A stretch of DNA of 60,988 bases, the filler included, from Circinaria calcarea (Eukaryota): assembly GCA_051942165.1 (NCBI GenBank). It is 10 parts of 10 records of this genome, joined end to end, with 100 filler letters (N's around TTAATTAATTAA, not from the genome) between each part and the next. Parts side by side here need not be neighbours in the genome. Positions count along the whole stretch, not along the records: positions 12,242 to 18,254 come from JAVECS010001702.1; positions 18,355 to 24,363 come from JAVECS010001703.1; 8 more parts are not named here. The stretch is one strand, 5' to 3'. How positions within the stretch are numbered: the stretch's first letter is position 1; every line of letters starts with the position of its first letter. The position numbers and the translations under genes were made by a program. Of this stretch, positions 12,741 through 24,463 are shown one piece after another. Under the pieces are notes generated by a model. The model searched no databases. It worked only from the letters and a program-made list of their open reading frames with translations, and was not told where the DNA came from.

Positions 12741-14022
12741 TCATCCAAACTTTCGATAGGTTCTTGTGGTGCCGTTGGCATCTAATTCGTAGAACTTTGT
12801 CATATTCTGCGAGCGAGTCCGCCTGGTGTTCTCCGCGGTGATTCTCCTTAGCTGTCTCTTAGCAGCATTTGTATTCTTGCTGACGCCTGACGACCTTGTG
12901 AGTTGTGGCCGGACCGTATTCGTAGATTTGAGCTTTGACTTGGGTGTTTGAGAAGCTATTTGGATAGAGTTAGGCCGATTAGACGATATATACGAGTTAT
13001 CAGATTCTTGCTCCTTGGCACTTGGCTCATGATAGGCCTTGATTAACGATGTTTCGCCTCTGGAGAACGTGCTAGTCGGCGTTGATGGTCTTGTTGCATT
13101 AGACATCTCCACATCGCTCCGATCTTCGGTAAATGTTGACCATGGTGAACTATGTCTGGCTTCTCTTTCCGGCAACCTTTTACGTTCTTCTTGGTAGTCT
13201 CCGTGTTCGTTTTGTTGCTCAATGCGACACAATACTGGGTCTGCCTTCAACCAGGCTGGCCATTCTGATGATGATGCCTTTTGTGTGTCCCTCTCCCAAT
13301 GTTGCACTACCACCTCTGGCGAAAGCCTTTTAGACTTATAACTTGGATCGATTATGAGGTTCTGCATGTCTTCCTCTGCTTTAGCCTGGAAGAAGCTGGC
13401 TAGATCTGGGGCGTCTTGCGTCCGGTAATCGACAAGCGATTTGACACAGAACATAGGGATGGGATGGTCTACGATGTCTATCGTCAGCTGTTGTGACATG
13501 TAAGAGGCCAGAACAGGTATACATGCCGTCGCAGTCACACCCCGGGAGAGGCTCTGGTGGCGTCATCTGTCGCTGAGGATGGGTTGCCCAATACTCCTCC
13601 CAGGTCTTACCGGTTTCTTCTTCCACTCGTTTACGCGCCTCCACCTCGTGCTCCATATGTTTCTTGAGTAGTGCCTCTGTGGCTGCTTCTAAAGACGAGT
13701 AACCTGCCTTCTGCACTGCGGCTAGTTGTATCCGTTTCACTTCTTGCCTCCATTCTTCCTCCTGACGCATATACTCTTGAAGAGCTGTGGGAGACATCTG
13801 GACTTCTCCACGCTTTCGCCTCATTTCCTCTCGAATTTCGGGCCACGTATTGTCCCAGGAATGGCCATCTCGAAGAGCAATCCGGTTGCGGCACGATGGA
13901 CTTTTCGAAAGAGTGTGTGTCGTCAAATATGCCAAGCTTTCAGAATCACGTGCTGCTACCATCGCGCTTTTTCGTCTCGAGCCCGCTACGGAGTATGCAA
14001 ATCCACTTTGTACATGCGTCAT
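12741..14022 (-). CDS. Hypothetical protein; 2 exons (14022-13527, 13468-12741) joined by a probable GC-AG intron
   Basis: Two long overlapping ORFs fuse in frame (…GCDCD|DHPIPMFC…) when 13526-13469 (GCATGT...GCTGAC...TAG) is removed. Glu/Arg-rich helical N-half and basic, low-complexity C-terminus. Start codon is uncertain. Confidence 0.65.
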
Positions 14023-14235
14023 TCAATTTGTATAACAAACTGAATATTTCTTCGTGTCCAATTGGATGAATAATCAATTAGACAAAGACTTGTTATATGT
14101 ACCTGCCAGCTATTGGGTACTCTTATTTTAAACGGACTTCTTGCGAATTGCGTGGTGAGCTATATGTGTTATATATATGACTTCCTTGCGTTTGCTTACA
14201 AGCTATGGAGTAGCCTGGACGGCTGAATCGTTACA

Positions 14236-15954
14236 ATGCCTTCATCAGATGGTGAGGGTTCGACGGTTCCGAACACCCCTGAAGACTTTTCGGATGTTAC
14301 CATTTTCAAGCATGATGACGCCTTTGCTGTGCTTCGGCCTGTTAACCCCAGTGCGCAAAGTGCATTGAACGCGAGCGTGAACGCTATAATTATGGCAGTT
14401 GGGGGTGATTCTGCATTTCATCATTATCGTCAGTTTGTACACGCTGAGCGTGGTCAGGCGAGGGCATCGAGCGTCTTCACAGAGGACGAGCATGCAAATG
14501 TCGAGGAGCCCGACGCCGATTTAGCATCCCAGCAATGGAACGGGGCTTTTAAGTTCAGTCTGCGTAAGCCTCCCCGCGAGGGAGGTTCAGGATGGTACTT
14601 GGGTACAAGCCGAAGCCCTCCTCTCTCTCCCAATCAACACGTCGATATTCTGCTTGCTCCGCCAACTAGTGCGTGGTCACAACGCGGCATTGCAGGAATT
14701 CACGCTCGCTTGTATTTCCACAAGGAGTCCTATCGTATGGTTCTGCAGGCAAGGCATACCGTTACTGTAGGAAAAAGTGAAAGAATAATAAGGAACTCAC
14801 AGTCTCAAGTGCTTGATGACAAAGACCTGGTTATTATCGGCGATTGTACCTATGCATTTGAATACACCAGCTATTTCCAAAGCGTGGGGTTTGAGACAGA
14901 GCTTTCTCAATACGTACAACAAACTTGCGGGCCCCGATGGGCTATCAACAAGTTGCTCTCACCAACTTCGGTCGGCGCGCCTAGACCTCTTGGGGAATAC
15001 TATAGTTCACCCAGCGCCTTCGCGCAAGGGACCTTTGGACAAGTAGCAGCGGGATGGGCTCGCGACGGAGCAGCAGTGGCCATCAAACACTTCAAAAACC
15101 CGAGGAGAAGCAATATAGAATCACATAGAGAGCTTATGCAGATAATTGGCAGCCACGATAATATTTTGCGGCTGCTAAATTGTATCACGGATTTCCAAAC
15201 ACGGATTCCTACTGTTTATTGCGTTTATTCGCCGCTAGCCGTCATGACTCTAAGAGATGTCATCAGCTCATATGAAACGAATTCTGCCGCAAAGATAGTT
15301 TTATTAAAGGACTATATTGCCGGTCTGTCGCATTTACACGACAAGGGAATAATGCATAGAGATATTAAACTGGAAAATTTAGCGGTTAAGTCTCTCCATG
15401 ATCCAATCGGGGTTATTCTCGACCTCGATGCTGCTACGATTGCCCAGACATCAACCGACCACATGCAGGGTACAATCCCATACCTCGCCCCTGAAATTAT
15501 CGAGCTCAAAGACTGGAAGCCTTTGCATGGGCTAGCACCATCTCCCTACGAGAAAAGCGTAGATATATGGGCGCTTGGATTGAGCATGTTTGCCCTAATG
15601 ACAAGCCATTACTGGAGTTGGAGATATTTCTCGATCGGTGCTGGTAACAAGTCCGATCGATATTCGGTTACCAGCTATGGCCTTTTTCGTCATCGAATTG
15701 AAAAATTGAGAGAAGATGCCCAAAAGCCTGGACATGATAATAAACCCACAGATGCTATTCTTTGTGAATTAATTTTCGGCATGACCGAAGTTGTACCAGA
15801 AGCCAGACTTGGCGCGTCGGCTATTTTTCGACTTGCCCAATCGGCTGCTGCTAGCATAGATATGGACATAAGTATCACCGGCAAGCAAGCAGGAAAGCAC
15901 AAAATAGGGGATGAACAAGACACGGGGGATGTCAAGCGGCAGCATCTGGGATGA
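14236..15954 (+). CDS. Intronless Ser/Thr protein kinase with N-terminal FHA-like region
   Basis: Kinase motifs AQGTFGQV, VAIK, HRDIKLEN, DLD (at the DFG position), GTIPYLAPE and DIWALG. N-terminal GWYLGTSR...GIAGIHARLYF...DLVIIGD resembles an FHA fold. Confidence 0.88.
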   Translation: MPSSDGEGSTVPNTPEDFSDVTIFKHDDAFAVLRPVNPSAQSALNASVNAIIMAVGGDSAFHHYRQFVHAERGQARASSVFTEDEHANVEEPDADLASQQWNGAFKFSLRKPPREGGSGWYLGTSRSPPLSPNQHVDILLAPPTSAWSQRGIAGIHARLYFHKESYRMVLQARHTVTVGKSERIIRNSQSQVLDDKDLVIIGDCTYAFEYTSYFQSVGFETELSQYVQQTCGPRWAINKLLSPTSVGAPRPLGEYYSSPSAFAQGTFGQVAAGWARDGAAVAIKHFKNPRRSNIESHRELMQIIGSHDNILRLLNCITDFQTRIPTVYCVYSPLAVMTLRDVISSYETNSAAKIVLLKDYIAGLSHLHDKGIMHRDIKLENLAVKSLHDPIGVILDLDAATIAQTSTDHMQGTIPYLAPEIIELKDWKPLHGLAPSPYEKSVDIWALGLSMFALMTSHYWSWRYFSIGAGNKSDRYSVTSYGLFRHRIEKLREDAQKPGHDNKPTDAILCELIFGMTEVVPEARLGASAIFRLAQSAAASIDMDISITGKQAGKHKIGDEQDTGDVKRQHLG

Positions 15955-17590
15955 GTAAGTAACTATGACTACAAATTTGAAAAGCCTTTCACAATGCTAA
16001 TTTAAACTACAGTAGTCCAGTCACTTTGCTGTGAGAAAATAATGCATACAATCAGCTTCTATTCTACTATTGGCAATCGAGGGATTTGAGTGGATTTTCC
16101 AAGTTCTATTATTCTTCCGAGGATGAAATTCACGTAGTAAGCTAGGGCCTATGGTTATAGGGGCTAGGATTAGATGCTAAGGTATTAGGTGGCTAAGGTG
16201 TTGGGGCTATGAGAAGCGGGTACATTAATCTCTTAGTCAGGGTCAGTGACGTGTAAGTACATCCAAAAAACTTATCGTATGCTTCGGGTTCTAAACAATA
16301 CCTGCAAAGTACTTTCGTGCAAAAGTACTCCCCAAGCACTAACCGTTGCTAGGAATCTTGGCAATAACTCGCCCTTGGAAACATTTTAGCACTCCTTCCG
16401 AGCGTACAACCCTACCGACACTCCAAGCCCGATATCAATCCTATATCAGCCTAGTAGGAGGTTTATTTGCATAGCACAGATAGCGCCGTTGTAAGATCTC
16501 AAAAAAGCATTTCATATAAAACTAGGCGGGACTCTTGTGAATCATGGAGGTAATACAGGGTGACATAGGCTGTATTGGCTATGGTAACTACCAGTCTATG
16601 TGTATGGACTTCACTATAGAATTGCATAGCAGAAGACTCTGCTATGTGTATATGTTGCGGGGGTTAGTTCACCCGCTCCGTCCCCCGGTTTCCACGCAGT
16701 GCATAACCCTCTATTCTGGACAACTCTCTACCTCCAAGGGCATCGCATTAACTGGTACAACCGCAATCACAGGCCTATCAAGCAATCCTCCAGGCATAAT
16801 CGGAATTAATTTCCTTCCACCCCCCCCCACACCCCCAATCCTCCTCTAAATGAAATCTATCTTACGAGTGGACACGATAACAGAAGCCGGAAAATCCAAG
16901 AACAAAAGCACTTCTATATTTGCTAAACCGTGAAACAGAAAGGTCCCCAAATCACCGCCCTCCGCTCCCTTCCCCTCCCCAATCCGCAGCAAAAGACCAA
17001 ACCCAAAAGAAACAACTGCACTAGCTTTAACCTGTCTACAGGACGATTCCCCTGTCCGAACTCGGACTGAGATTTTCGTCATGCTGAAATCCGCCAATCA
17101 GTACCCCCCCTGGTAGGTACTATTAGAATACGACGAAAATCGAACTAGGGTCTATGTCAGCGTCGGAAGAGAAAAGGGAAAGGGGAAAGGCGTGGAGGCT
17201 ATGATCGGGGGACTGCAGGCCGCATTCCGCCCGGTTTCAGCGTCGCTACAGCAAATGGCAGTTCCTAAGTGAATCCCTCGTTCTCGTCCTCATTAGGTGC
17301 GGAAGGGAATATTGGTTGTGAATGAGTAATTTTTGCATTGGATTGGATTCCAGTGAATTGCTCTATAAAACGGTTCGGAAAGTAATTTACAGCGGGTCAA
17401 GGGAGTACAGCATAGTGTAGAGTTACATTGTTAAATGATGTAACAAGAAGCAACGCAAACAGGGGATTCTCGTTGCTACAGCTTCTTCTGTAGTCAAAAA
17501 ACTGGTCCTATATTCACATGCGTACACATGGATACCCATCCGTATATCCCAATCACATCCTCATATATATCCATACAGTAACTGCCATTC

Positions 17591-18254
17591 TCAGCTTCCC
17601 GCCTTCCTCGACCTCTTCCCCACAATCTTCCCCGCCAACCCCATCGACTTATGCCACAAATTCTTCTTCTTCTTCTTCTTCTCCGGAGCAGGATCCTGCA
17701 CTTCCTGTTCCGTTACCAACGGCACCTCCGACGTGCTCGACGTGGCAAACTTGCCCTGAACGCTTTCCTTGGACGTCTGCTTGGAGCTTTGGAGCGACAG
17801 CAAAGCCATCTGATCCGACATGATGGGGTTATCAATCAGATCCTCGAGGCGAACCTTGTACCCGTCCCGCTCGAGCAGATTGGCAACTTGCGCGAGACCG
17901 ATAATATCTCCGCCGAGGTTGAAAAAGGAAGAGTCGGGCGGGATGGAGATGAAGTTACCTTGCTTGTCCCGTAAGATTTGGCGCCAAGCCCGGCTGAGAC
18001 TGTCCGAGAGCACGTACAGCTCCTTCTTGGTGAGCCCTTGGAGGACCGACGCCAGGGAAGGAATGGATGACGCGCCGATAATGTCTTCGAGCGTCTGTCT
18101 CTGCATGCCGATCAAATCTGATGGCGACGGAAGTGCCGCTCGGGGGTTGACCGTGAAGCTGGTGATTGTGTGGCATAGTGCATTCAGGACTTGCTCGGCA
18201 AAGGCAGGGGTGATTGCGCTGTGGGGAGCGTAGATCAAGCAGACCTCAACGTTG
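17591..18254 (-). CDS. Nonribosomal peptide synthetase C-terminus (end of condensation domain + terminal carrier-like domain), possibly Pes1/NPS4-like; truncated by contig end
   Basis: AWRQIL...DSSFFNLGGDIIGLAQVANLLERDGYKVRLEDLIDNP is a PCP-like fold, preceded by a C-domain-like end (AEQVLNALCHTITSF). Confidence 0.72.
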
Positions 18255-18354
18255 NNNNNNNNNNNNNNNNNNNNNNNNNNNNNNNNNNNNNNNNNNNNTT
18301 AATTAATTAANNNNNNNNNNNNNNNNNNNNNNNNNNNNNNNNNNNNNNNNNNNN
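18255..18354. other. Artificial contig linker
   Basis: 44 N + TTAATTAATTAA + 44 N. Confidence 0.99.
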
Positions 18355-19040
18355 AAAGCCACGTTTCCTTGGCCAATAACGACTGCCTCCTCGCCCGTAG
18401 AAAGGTCGGGAGCCAAGTCGGAGTATTCTGGCAGTCCATTATACCAGCCCACGAACGCACGAGCCGAATAGATACCCTTTAGGTTCTCTTCTCCAGGTAT
18501 TCCTAATTTACGATCCTTCGACGCGCCGTATGCAAAGAGGATTGCATGGTAATGAGGCTTGAGAGACGAAAGTGGTATATCCTTACCCACATCAACGTTT
18601 CCAATGAAATTGAAACGTGAAGAAGAAGCTACCTCACTGAACTTGTCTTGACAATTCTACATGTTTCATATTTGATGTTAGCTACGAACGTCTGGTATGA
18701 TATAAAAGTAGTTGAGCAAATGCTGGCGCCTGAAATGTGGTTTTCCTACCTTCACCTCGGGATGATCTGGGGCAACTCCAAATCTCACCAAGCCAAATGG
18801 TATCGGAAGCTGCTCATACATATCTACAGCGGCATTTGGAATTTTTGCCATCACCTTATAGGCACTATAAAATCCTGCAGGCCCTGATCCGATGACGGCC
18901 ATCCGAAACGGCTCTTGGTTATGTACCACATTATGGTTGTTGTGGCGTTTCTGACCGAGTCTAGATGGTTGATACACAAAAGTCAGGGACTTGCCAGCGC
19001 TATACTTGCGAAACGCAGTTATGAGACTTGGGTTGTGCAT
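18355..19040 (-). CDS. ARH1: Mitochondrial NADPH:adrenodoxin oxidoreductase, 5' part (intron 18657-18749); truncated by contig end
   Basis: AVIGSGPAGFY, PFGLVRFGVAPDHPEVK|NCQDKF, SARAFVGWYNGLPE and VVIGQGNVA, with a basic presequence-like N-terminus. Confidence 0.93.
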
Positions 19041-19290
19041 TCGTGTTGCAAGACATACACATCCATCGAGATCCGACAAGATACAAATCCATATGATATC
19101 AAAGGGCATCACGATAAGCTGATTGTCGCCCGGTCAGCGGCCCTTGTTGATTTCCCTGTCCTGCAGCACATGCACGGGTAACTTTCAACCTCTCTAATCG
19201 CAACCCCATTACTCACATTCCTTTGCTTGCAGATCAATTCAACATCATTGATCGCCGCTTGTGATTTGCTGAGTTGTTGGACTGTTGATA

Positions 19291-21126
19291 ATGGGCGTAG
19301 AACCACCCTTTCTGTATGACCATCCTTCACGACACTCCTTTACAAGTCCGACAGAAAAGGGCTTCAATCCAAAGGCGGCGTCGCAAGCAAGTTGGACGCC
19401 AAGGGATCCAAGGCCAAAGCAGGAGGGCCCTCTGATTAATGCCGGAGAGATAAACCGTCATCCCGACTCCTATTTCATCGTGTACGTATAGGCCTTTTAT
19501 GCGGCCGCAGCGGTTGACTAACCGGTCCAAGTCCTTATGGCAACCTCAATTGGAAACCCATGAGCCCCCGAACGAAATCAAAGGTCAAACATATCAGATG
19601 GATTCAGTTATGCCTACGTATCTGCGCCCTGTTGGGAGCTCTTGGGATGTCGGTATGCGTTATTTGCATCAAAGGAACAGATGATACTTTGGGGTGGATC
19701 ATCAGAGTACCGGTATGGAAACAATTTAGGTATTATGCTATAAGAGAACTGATGAACGGATCTCTAGCCTGGGATTGCTCTCCTTCATATCGTATACTCC
19801 ATATATCACCTCTCGCGATCTTCCAAACGCAGACCTCCGGCGTCATCAGCCAGCTACATGCTATTTGCCGCGGTCATTGATGCCGGCCTCATTCCATTCT
19901 TCGTCTTTACGGCGATGATGTCGCACACTCAATACACAAAACCTGTTGATACCGAAGGTAGGTGGCGGACCGTCTTTGGGAACGACCCTGACAATCAGAA
20001 AATTATATTTTCTACCTTTCTCTTCAGCGTCGTCAATGGGAGCTTTCATCTTATCTCACTTGTGCTATCCATCTACCTGGCAATGATCTTCCGCAAGATC
20101 TCGAAACTCCCTCCAGACATGAACCCACTCGAAGATAATCTCACGTCTCGGCACAAGCGCAACAAGTCCTCCTTGTCTGTAGGCCCTATGGAAGCCGGTA
20201 AAAACCGAGACTCCCATCTATCAGCACCATTGATGGATCCTTCTCGTACGGTTCCATTTATGCACACTCGCACAGAATCATACACCAGCATCTCCAGTCC
20301 CACCCGCCGCCCCGCAAGCAACCACCGAGTATCCCGAACCGATCTACCCTCACCCGTCTATCAACAGCCACCATCCCAGCGCTCCTCCCGCGCAAATATC
20401 AGTCGCTCACCACATCAATCCCCAACAAAGCACACTTCCATGTATGCCGACTCCCGCCCTCCATCTACTCGGCCCGTATCTACCCGTTCCCCGTCCACGC
20501 GCCCTCAGTCAGCGCATCCATCCATTTCGAGCGGCAATTGGTTTGCGTACCCATCTCCGTCCCCTTCGCCCGATCATACCTTACCTGTACAACACCCTCC
20601 AGAGCTCGAACATCTCCGCATCCCAACCTACAGTCCCCAATTCCTCAACTCCGACCGTCTCACCCCTCGCCCCTTGGAAATGAATCCCCCAACACCCTGC
20701 CAGTCCTCCTTCTCTCGACCCCGCACTCTCACTCCGGCAACCGGTAATGAGCGAAAAGGTCAGACTCCGTACATCGAAGAAGACAGCGGCTTCGCCTACC
20801 TACACGAACATAGCCGTCCGTCTAGTACCGTTACTTTTAACGAGAATAACATCCAAGCTCAAAACCAGAAACCAAAGCACTCTCCTCGTCCTTCCGTGAA
20901 CCAACGCGATAGCTTTGGTACCGCGGGTGGAAAAGCGAGGTTTTATGGGGACCTTTATGGGAGCGTGGGTGTTCAAGGGGGGCAGAGTCAGGGGCAGGCG
21001 AGAGTTGTGAGTTCGGGACATGATGCGGGAATGAGGGGAAACTTGAGGGGAAACTTGAGGGGAAGAGAGGTTAGTGGGAAGATGGTTGAGGAAGGGAGAG
21101 GGGAGGGCATGGGGATGGCTTTTTAG
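19291..21126 (+). CDS. Conserved fungal membrane protein (about 4 TM helices + Pro/Ser-rich tail); 3 exons
   Basis: MGVEPPFLYD...FNPKAASQAS...NRHPDSYFIV|PYG, hydrophobic helices, FRKISKLPPDMNPLEDNLTSR and REVSGKMVEEGRG. Introns GTACGT...AAG and GTATGG...TAG join the ORFs in frame. Confidence 0.8.
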
Positions 21127-21692
21127 AGGTGCTACAAGGGAAAGTAGCGAATGGGAGAAAGGCGGAAGAAGGTACGAATGAGAGGAATTTTGAACTTTGG
21201 GAATTGAATTGGCGAAGTGGTTTGGAAATCATACGAGCCAAGTGTAAATAGTGTTAGGCAGATGATATTTCTCGAAACATAGAAACGAGGAAAGGGAGAT
21301 CTAGGATATATCTACAAAGGAAAGAAAGGATGTAATCACAAGATGCTGCAACTGAGGAGCTCAAAACGTGCTTGGAATTCGTCGCCTATCTTCACCGAAA
21401 GATGCCATCCAACTTACGCTTGGTCTCAGAAATACATCAATGTATGTCCAAACTCAACAACACCTGATACAACGACAGAAGGCTGGTCGGGCTTGGTTGG
21501 AATGGATGGATACGCCAATAATCAAAAAGGCGGAGAGGAGTGTGTGAGCAAGCTGGTTGAAGTACGCGAGCCGGTAAAACACAATCGGAAGTCCGAAAAG
21601 AAGACAGCATGGCGCCTCATTACAACCCCATAGTGCCACGATAGTTGGTCCAAATATAATCCCATACTACTGAAGTCGAAGTACTGGAGGCA

Positions 21693-23839
21693 ATGGCTGG
21701 AGCTCTTGTGGACTCATCGACCTCCGATAATGATTCTTGTCGCATGATGGATGGGTCGGATACCTCGTCTGATACCAGTGACGACGGTGGTCCACACTCA
21801 TGTTGGCTAGATACGAAAGCTCTGAAACCATTTCCAAAGGATAAAGCTGCGAAAGGTAGCTCCTCAGCATTATGTGGCGCTTGCCGTTCCTTCTTCAGGG
21901 GGAAGAGAGAAGAAGATATCAAGTACAAGCACATTCAATTCCTTGCCACCTTGCGAACCACGGCAGGCCGGGGGTGCCACTTATGTGCCCTTATTCGCAA
22001 CACAATAGACCGAGAGACTGCCAATCATTACCCGGCCAACATACTGAGCATATGTCTCGAGATTGCTACAGCTGGTTCCCAGATCTGGTATTACTATAGA
22101 AAGGGTTCCAAACGGCCCAAATATGGAAGTTTTGTTCAAGGTATAAAGACAATTAAGCTGGTACCCCGTGAAGGTAAGCGGTAGATGTCACAATAAGTCC
22201 ACTGGCATCTACTTCCACCTTTCGCACAACAGATTTTAACGGTGAGAAAGTTATGGATGTACCTGTCAAGTATTGGCACACCGCGGACTCTAACACTTGG
22301 TCTTCTGGGAATCGCCAACTCGCTGATCAATGGCTATCCCGATGCCTCGTAAAACATCGGCGATGCAATAGAGAAGCCGCGAAGTCAAGCTGGCTACCAA
22401 CAAGACTACTCGACATTGAATCCCGCATTGGATCCGAGGCGAATGTGTGTTTGGTTGAAACTAAGGACATGATGTCGAAAGCTCAGTATATCAGTTTGAG
22501 TCATTGCTGGGGCCGGAACCCTGTTCTATCACTTCGCCTCAGTGATCTAGCGCATTTCAAAAAAGGGATCCCGCTTGAAAGCCTGCCCAAAACCTTCCGC
22601 CACGCAATCGAGGTTACGAGGCATTTCAAGATTAGGTATATATGGATTGACTCTCTTTGTATCATCCAAGACTCAGTGGATGATTGGCAATCAGAGGCTT
22701 CTAGCATGAGACATGTCTACCAAAATGCATTCTGTAACATCGCTGCCACTGGATCTCCTAATTCTCATACTGGGCTATTCTTCGAACGAGATCCATCCCT
22801 TATTCCGGTGGGTAGAATCGAGGTAGAGTGGGATGGGCCATTTCCACAAGGGGAATATTGCTTCTTTCCTCTGAAATTCTGGTTTAACGGTGTTTCCACT
22901 GCTCCATTAAATAGGCGAGCTTGGGTGGTGCAAGAACGACTTCTCGCGAGGCGCGTTCTCCATTTTGGCTCTCAAGGCTTGTTCTTCGAATGTTGCGAGC
23001 AAGAGGCCTGTGAAACATTCCCGAACGGACTACCATCGCTTTATAACGGTAGTATTATAAACATGTTCAAGAACATATATCCCAACCGTGGAGAGGCATT
23101 AGATAATAGCCGGCAGAATTACGAAAGATGGGAAAGAGTCGTGCAAGCATTTATGCGAAGTGACTTGACACAGGCGAGCGATAAGGCCATCTCACTCTCA
23201 GGAATCGCCGAAGAATTCCAGGAACATGTCTTCCAAGAGCCATATATCGCAGGACTATGGAAAAACACCCTTGCCCAAGAATTACTTTGGATGGTTTTAA
23301 GAGAGCGCCAAGCAAACGGTTCTCCATCTGCAAGACCCTCTGATTACCGTGCGCCTTCTTGGTCATGGCTATCCATTGACGGAAACATTAAGCAATGCGT
23401 ACCTAACTCCGAGCCCACCCTTATCGAGGTTAAAACTATCCACATTGACCTCCTCGACGAGAACCATCCGACAGGCCAAATCAAAGGCGGATATATCGTC
23501 GTTCAATGTCATTTAGTCCCAGCCAATTACAGAACCAACGCCTCTTTTGATCCTAACATAGCACAAAACTACCTACTTTTCGATGGAAAAGAGATTGGGA
23601 CCACGACAGTATTCTTTGATGAAGCGGAAAGAAAGCCGTCAGAAGACGAACCCATTTTCTGTCTTCCCATCGTTGTGTATCGATCTTATACCGGAGTTCA
23701 GGGGCTGATTCTACTACCTACAAGGAAGAAGGCGGCCGAATATCAAAGAATCGGGCTCTTTAAAGCGGGAGACAAGGCCGTGGTAGACAGATTTCATCTA
23801 GATAATATTAATTCAAAAACCACGATTGTTATCATCTAG
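21693..23839 (+). CDS. HET-domain (heterokaryon incompatibility, PF06985-type) protein; 2 exons (intron 22174-22250)
   Basis: WLPTRLLDI, YISLSHCWG, LPKTFRHAIEVT...YIWIDSLCIIQDS, VYQNAFCNIAA, PLNRRAWVVQERLLARRVLHF and YRAPSWSWLS. Confidence 0.93.
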
Positions 23840-24363
23840 CTAGTCTCAGCCGCGGCTGGTTAGTTCTGCGTGGGTGCTTGAGGATCTAATTAACTTAGTA
23901 GGCCCGTTTGGGCAAAGAAGGTAAAAAAATCGCCATATCAATCATCAAATCGTTTTGCGAGTAACGAGTATCAGTGAGGCTATTCGAAAAACTCTCACCC
24001 CTGAATCGATAAGTTAATACTCACCGATTCACACTTGGCACTTTCGGCACCATGATAGAGGACTCGAAAAACCATATAAAGCCGCTGGGAAATTATACAA
24101 CGACGCTGAAACAGCAGCAGTCCAATAGCTTTTAGATTACCCACAACGATACATACCACACCTGGCTATTAAAGTCCAGGAAGCTCAGACAAGACGTAAC
24201 CAGCCCTATAAGAAGATAATAATCGGAAGAATCTTAGGAGGGGAAAATTTAAAGAGAAAGAAAGGGGTCCGAAACGGAGGCTGAGAAAAGGCGGATGATT
24301 TAAGCGGTGGGTTAAAATCTTATGTAAATTTCGTATACGTATTACCCCCTCCCCCTCCCCCCC

Positions 24364-24463
24364 NNNNNNNNNNNNNNNNNNNNNNNNNNNNNNNNNNNNN
24401 NNNNNNNTTAATTAATTAANNNNNNNNNNNNNNNNNNNNNNNNNNNNNNNNNNNNNNNNNNNN
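24364..24463. other. Artificial contig linker
   Basis: 44 N + TTAATTAATTAA + 44 N. Confidence 0.99.

Noticed and set aside
1412..23839. Apparent defence cluster (HeLo-ankyrin, kinase, NRPS, HET)
   Set aside because: These genes lie on different contigs ordered only by size, so there is no evidence of physical linkage.
23846..23877. CTCAGCCGCGGCTGGTTAGT...GTGGGTG resembling part of fungal 5S rRNA
   Set aside because: Only ~30 nt, needs a large deletion, and lacks both 5S ends. It is also explained as a simple palindrome (CAGCCGCGGCTG).
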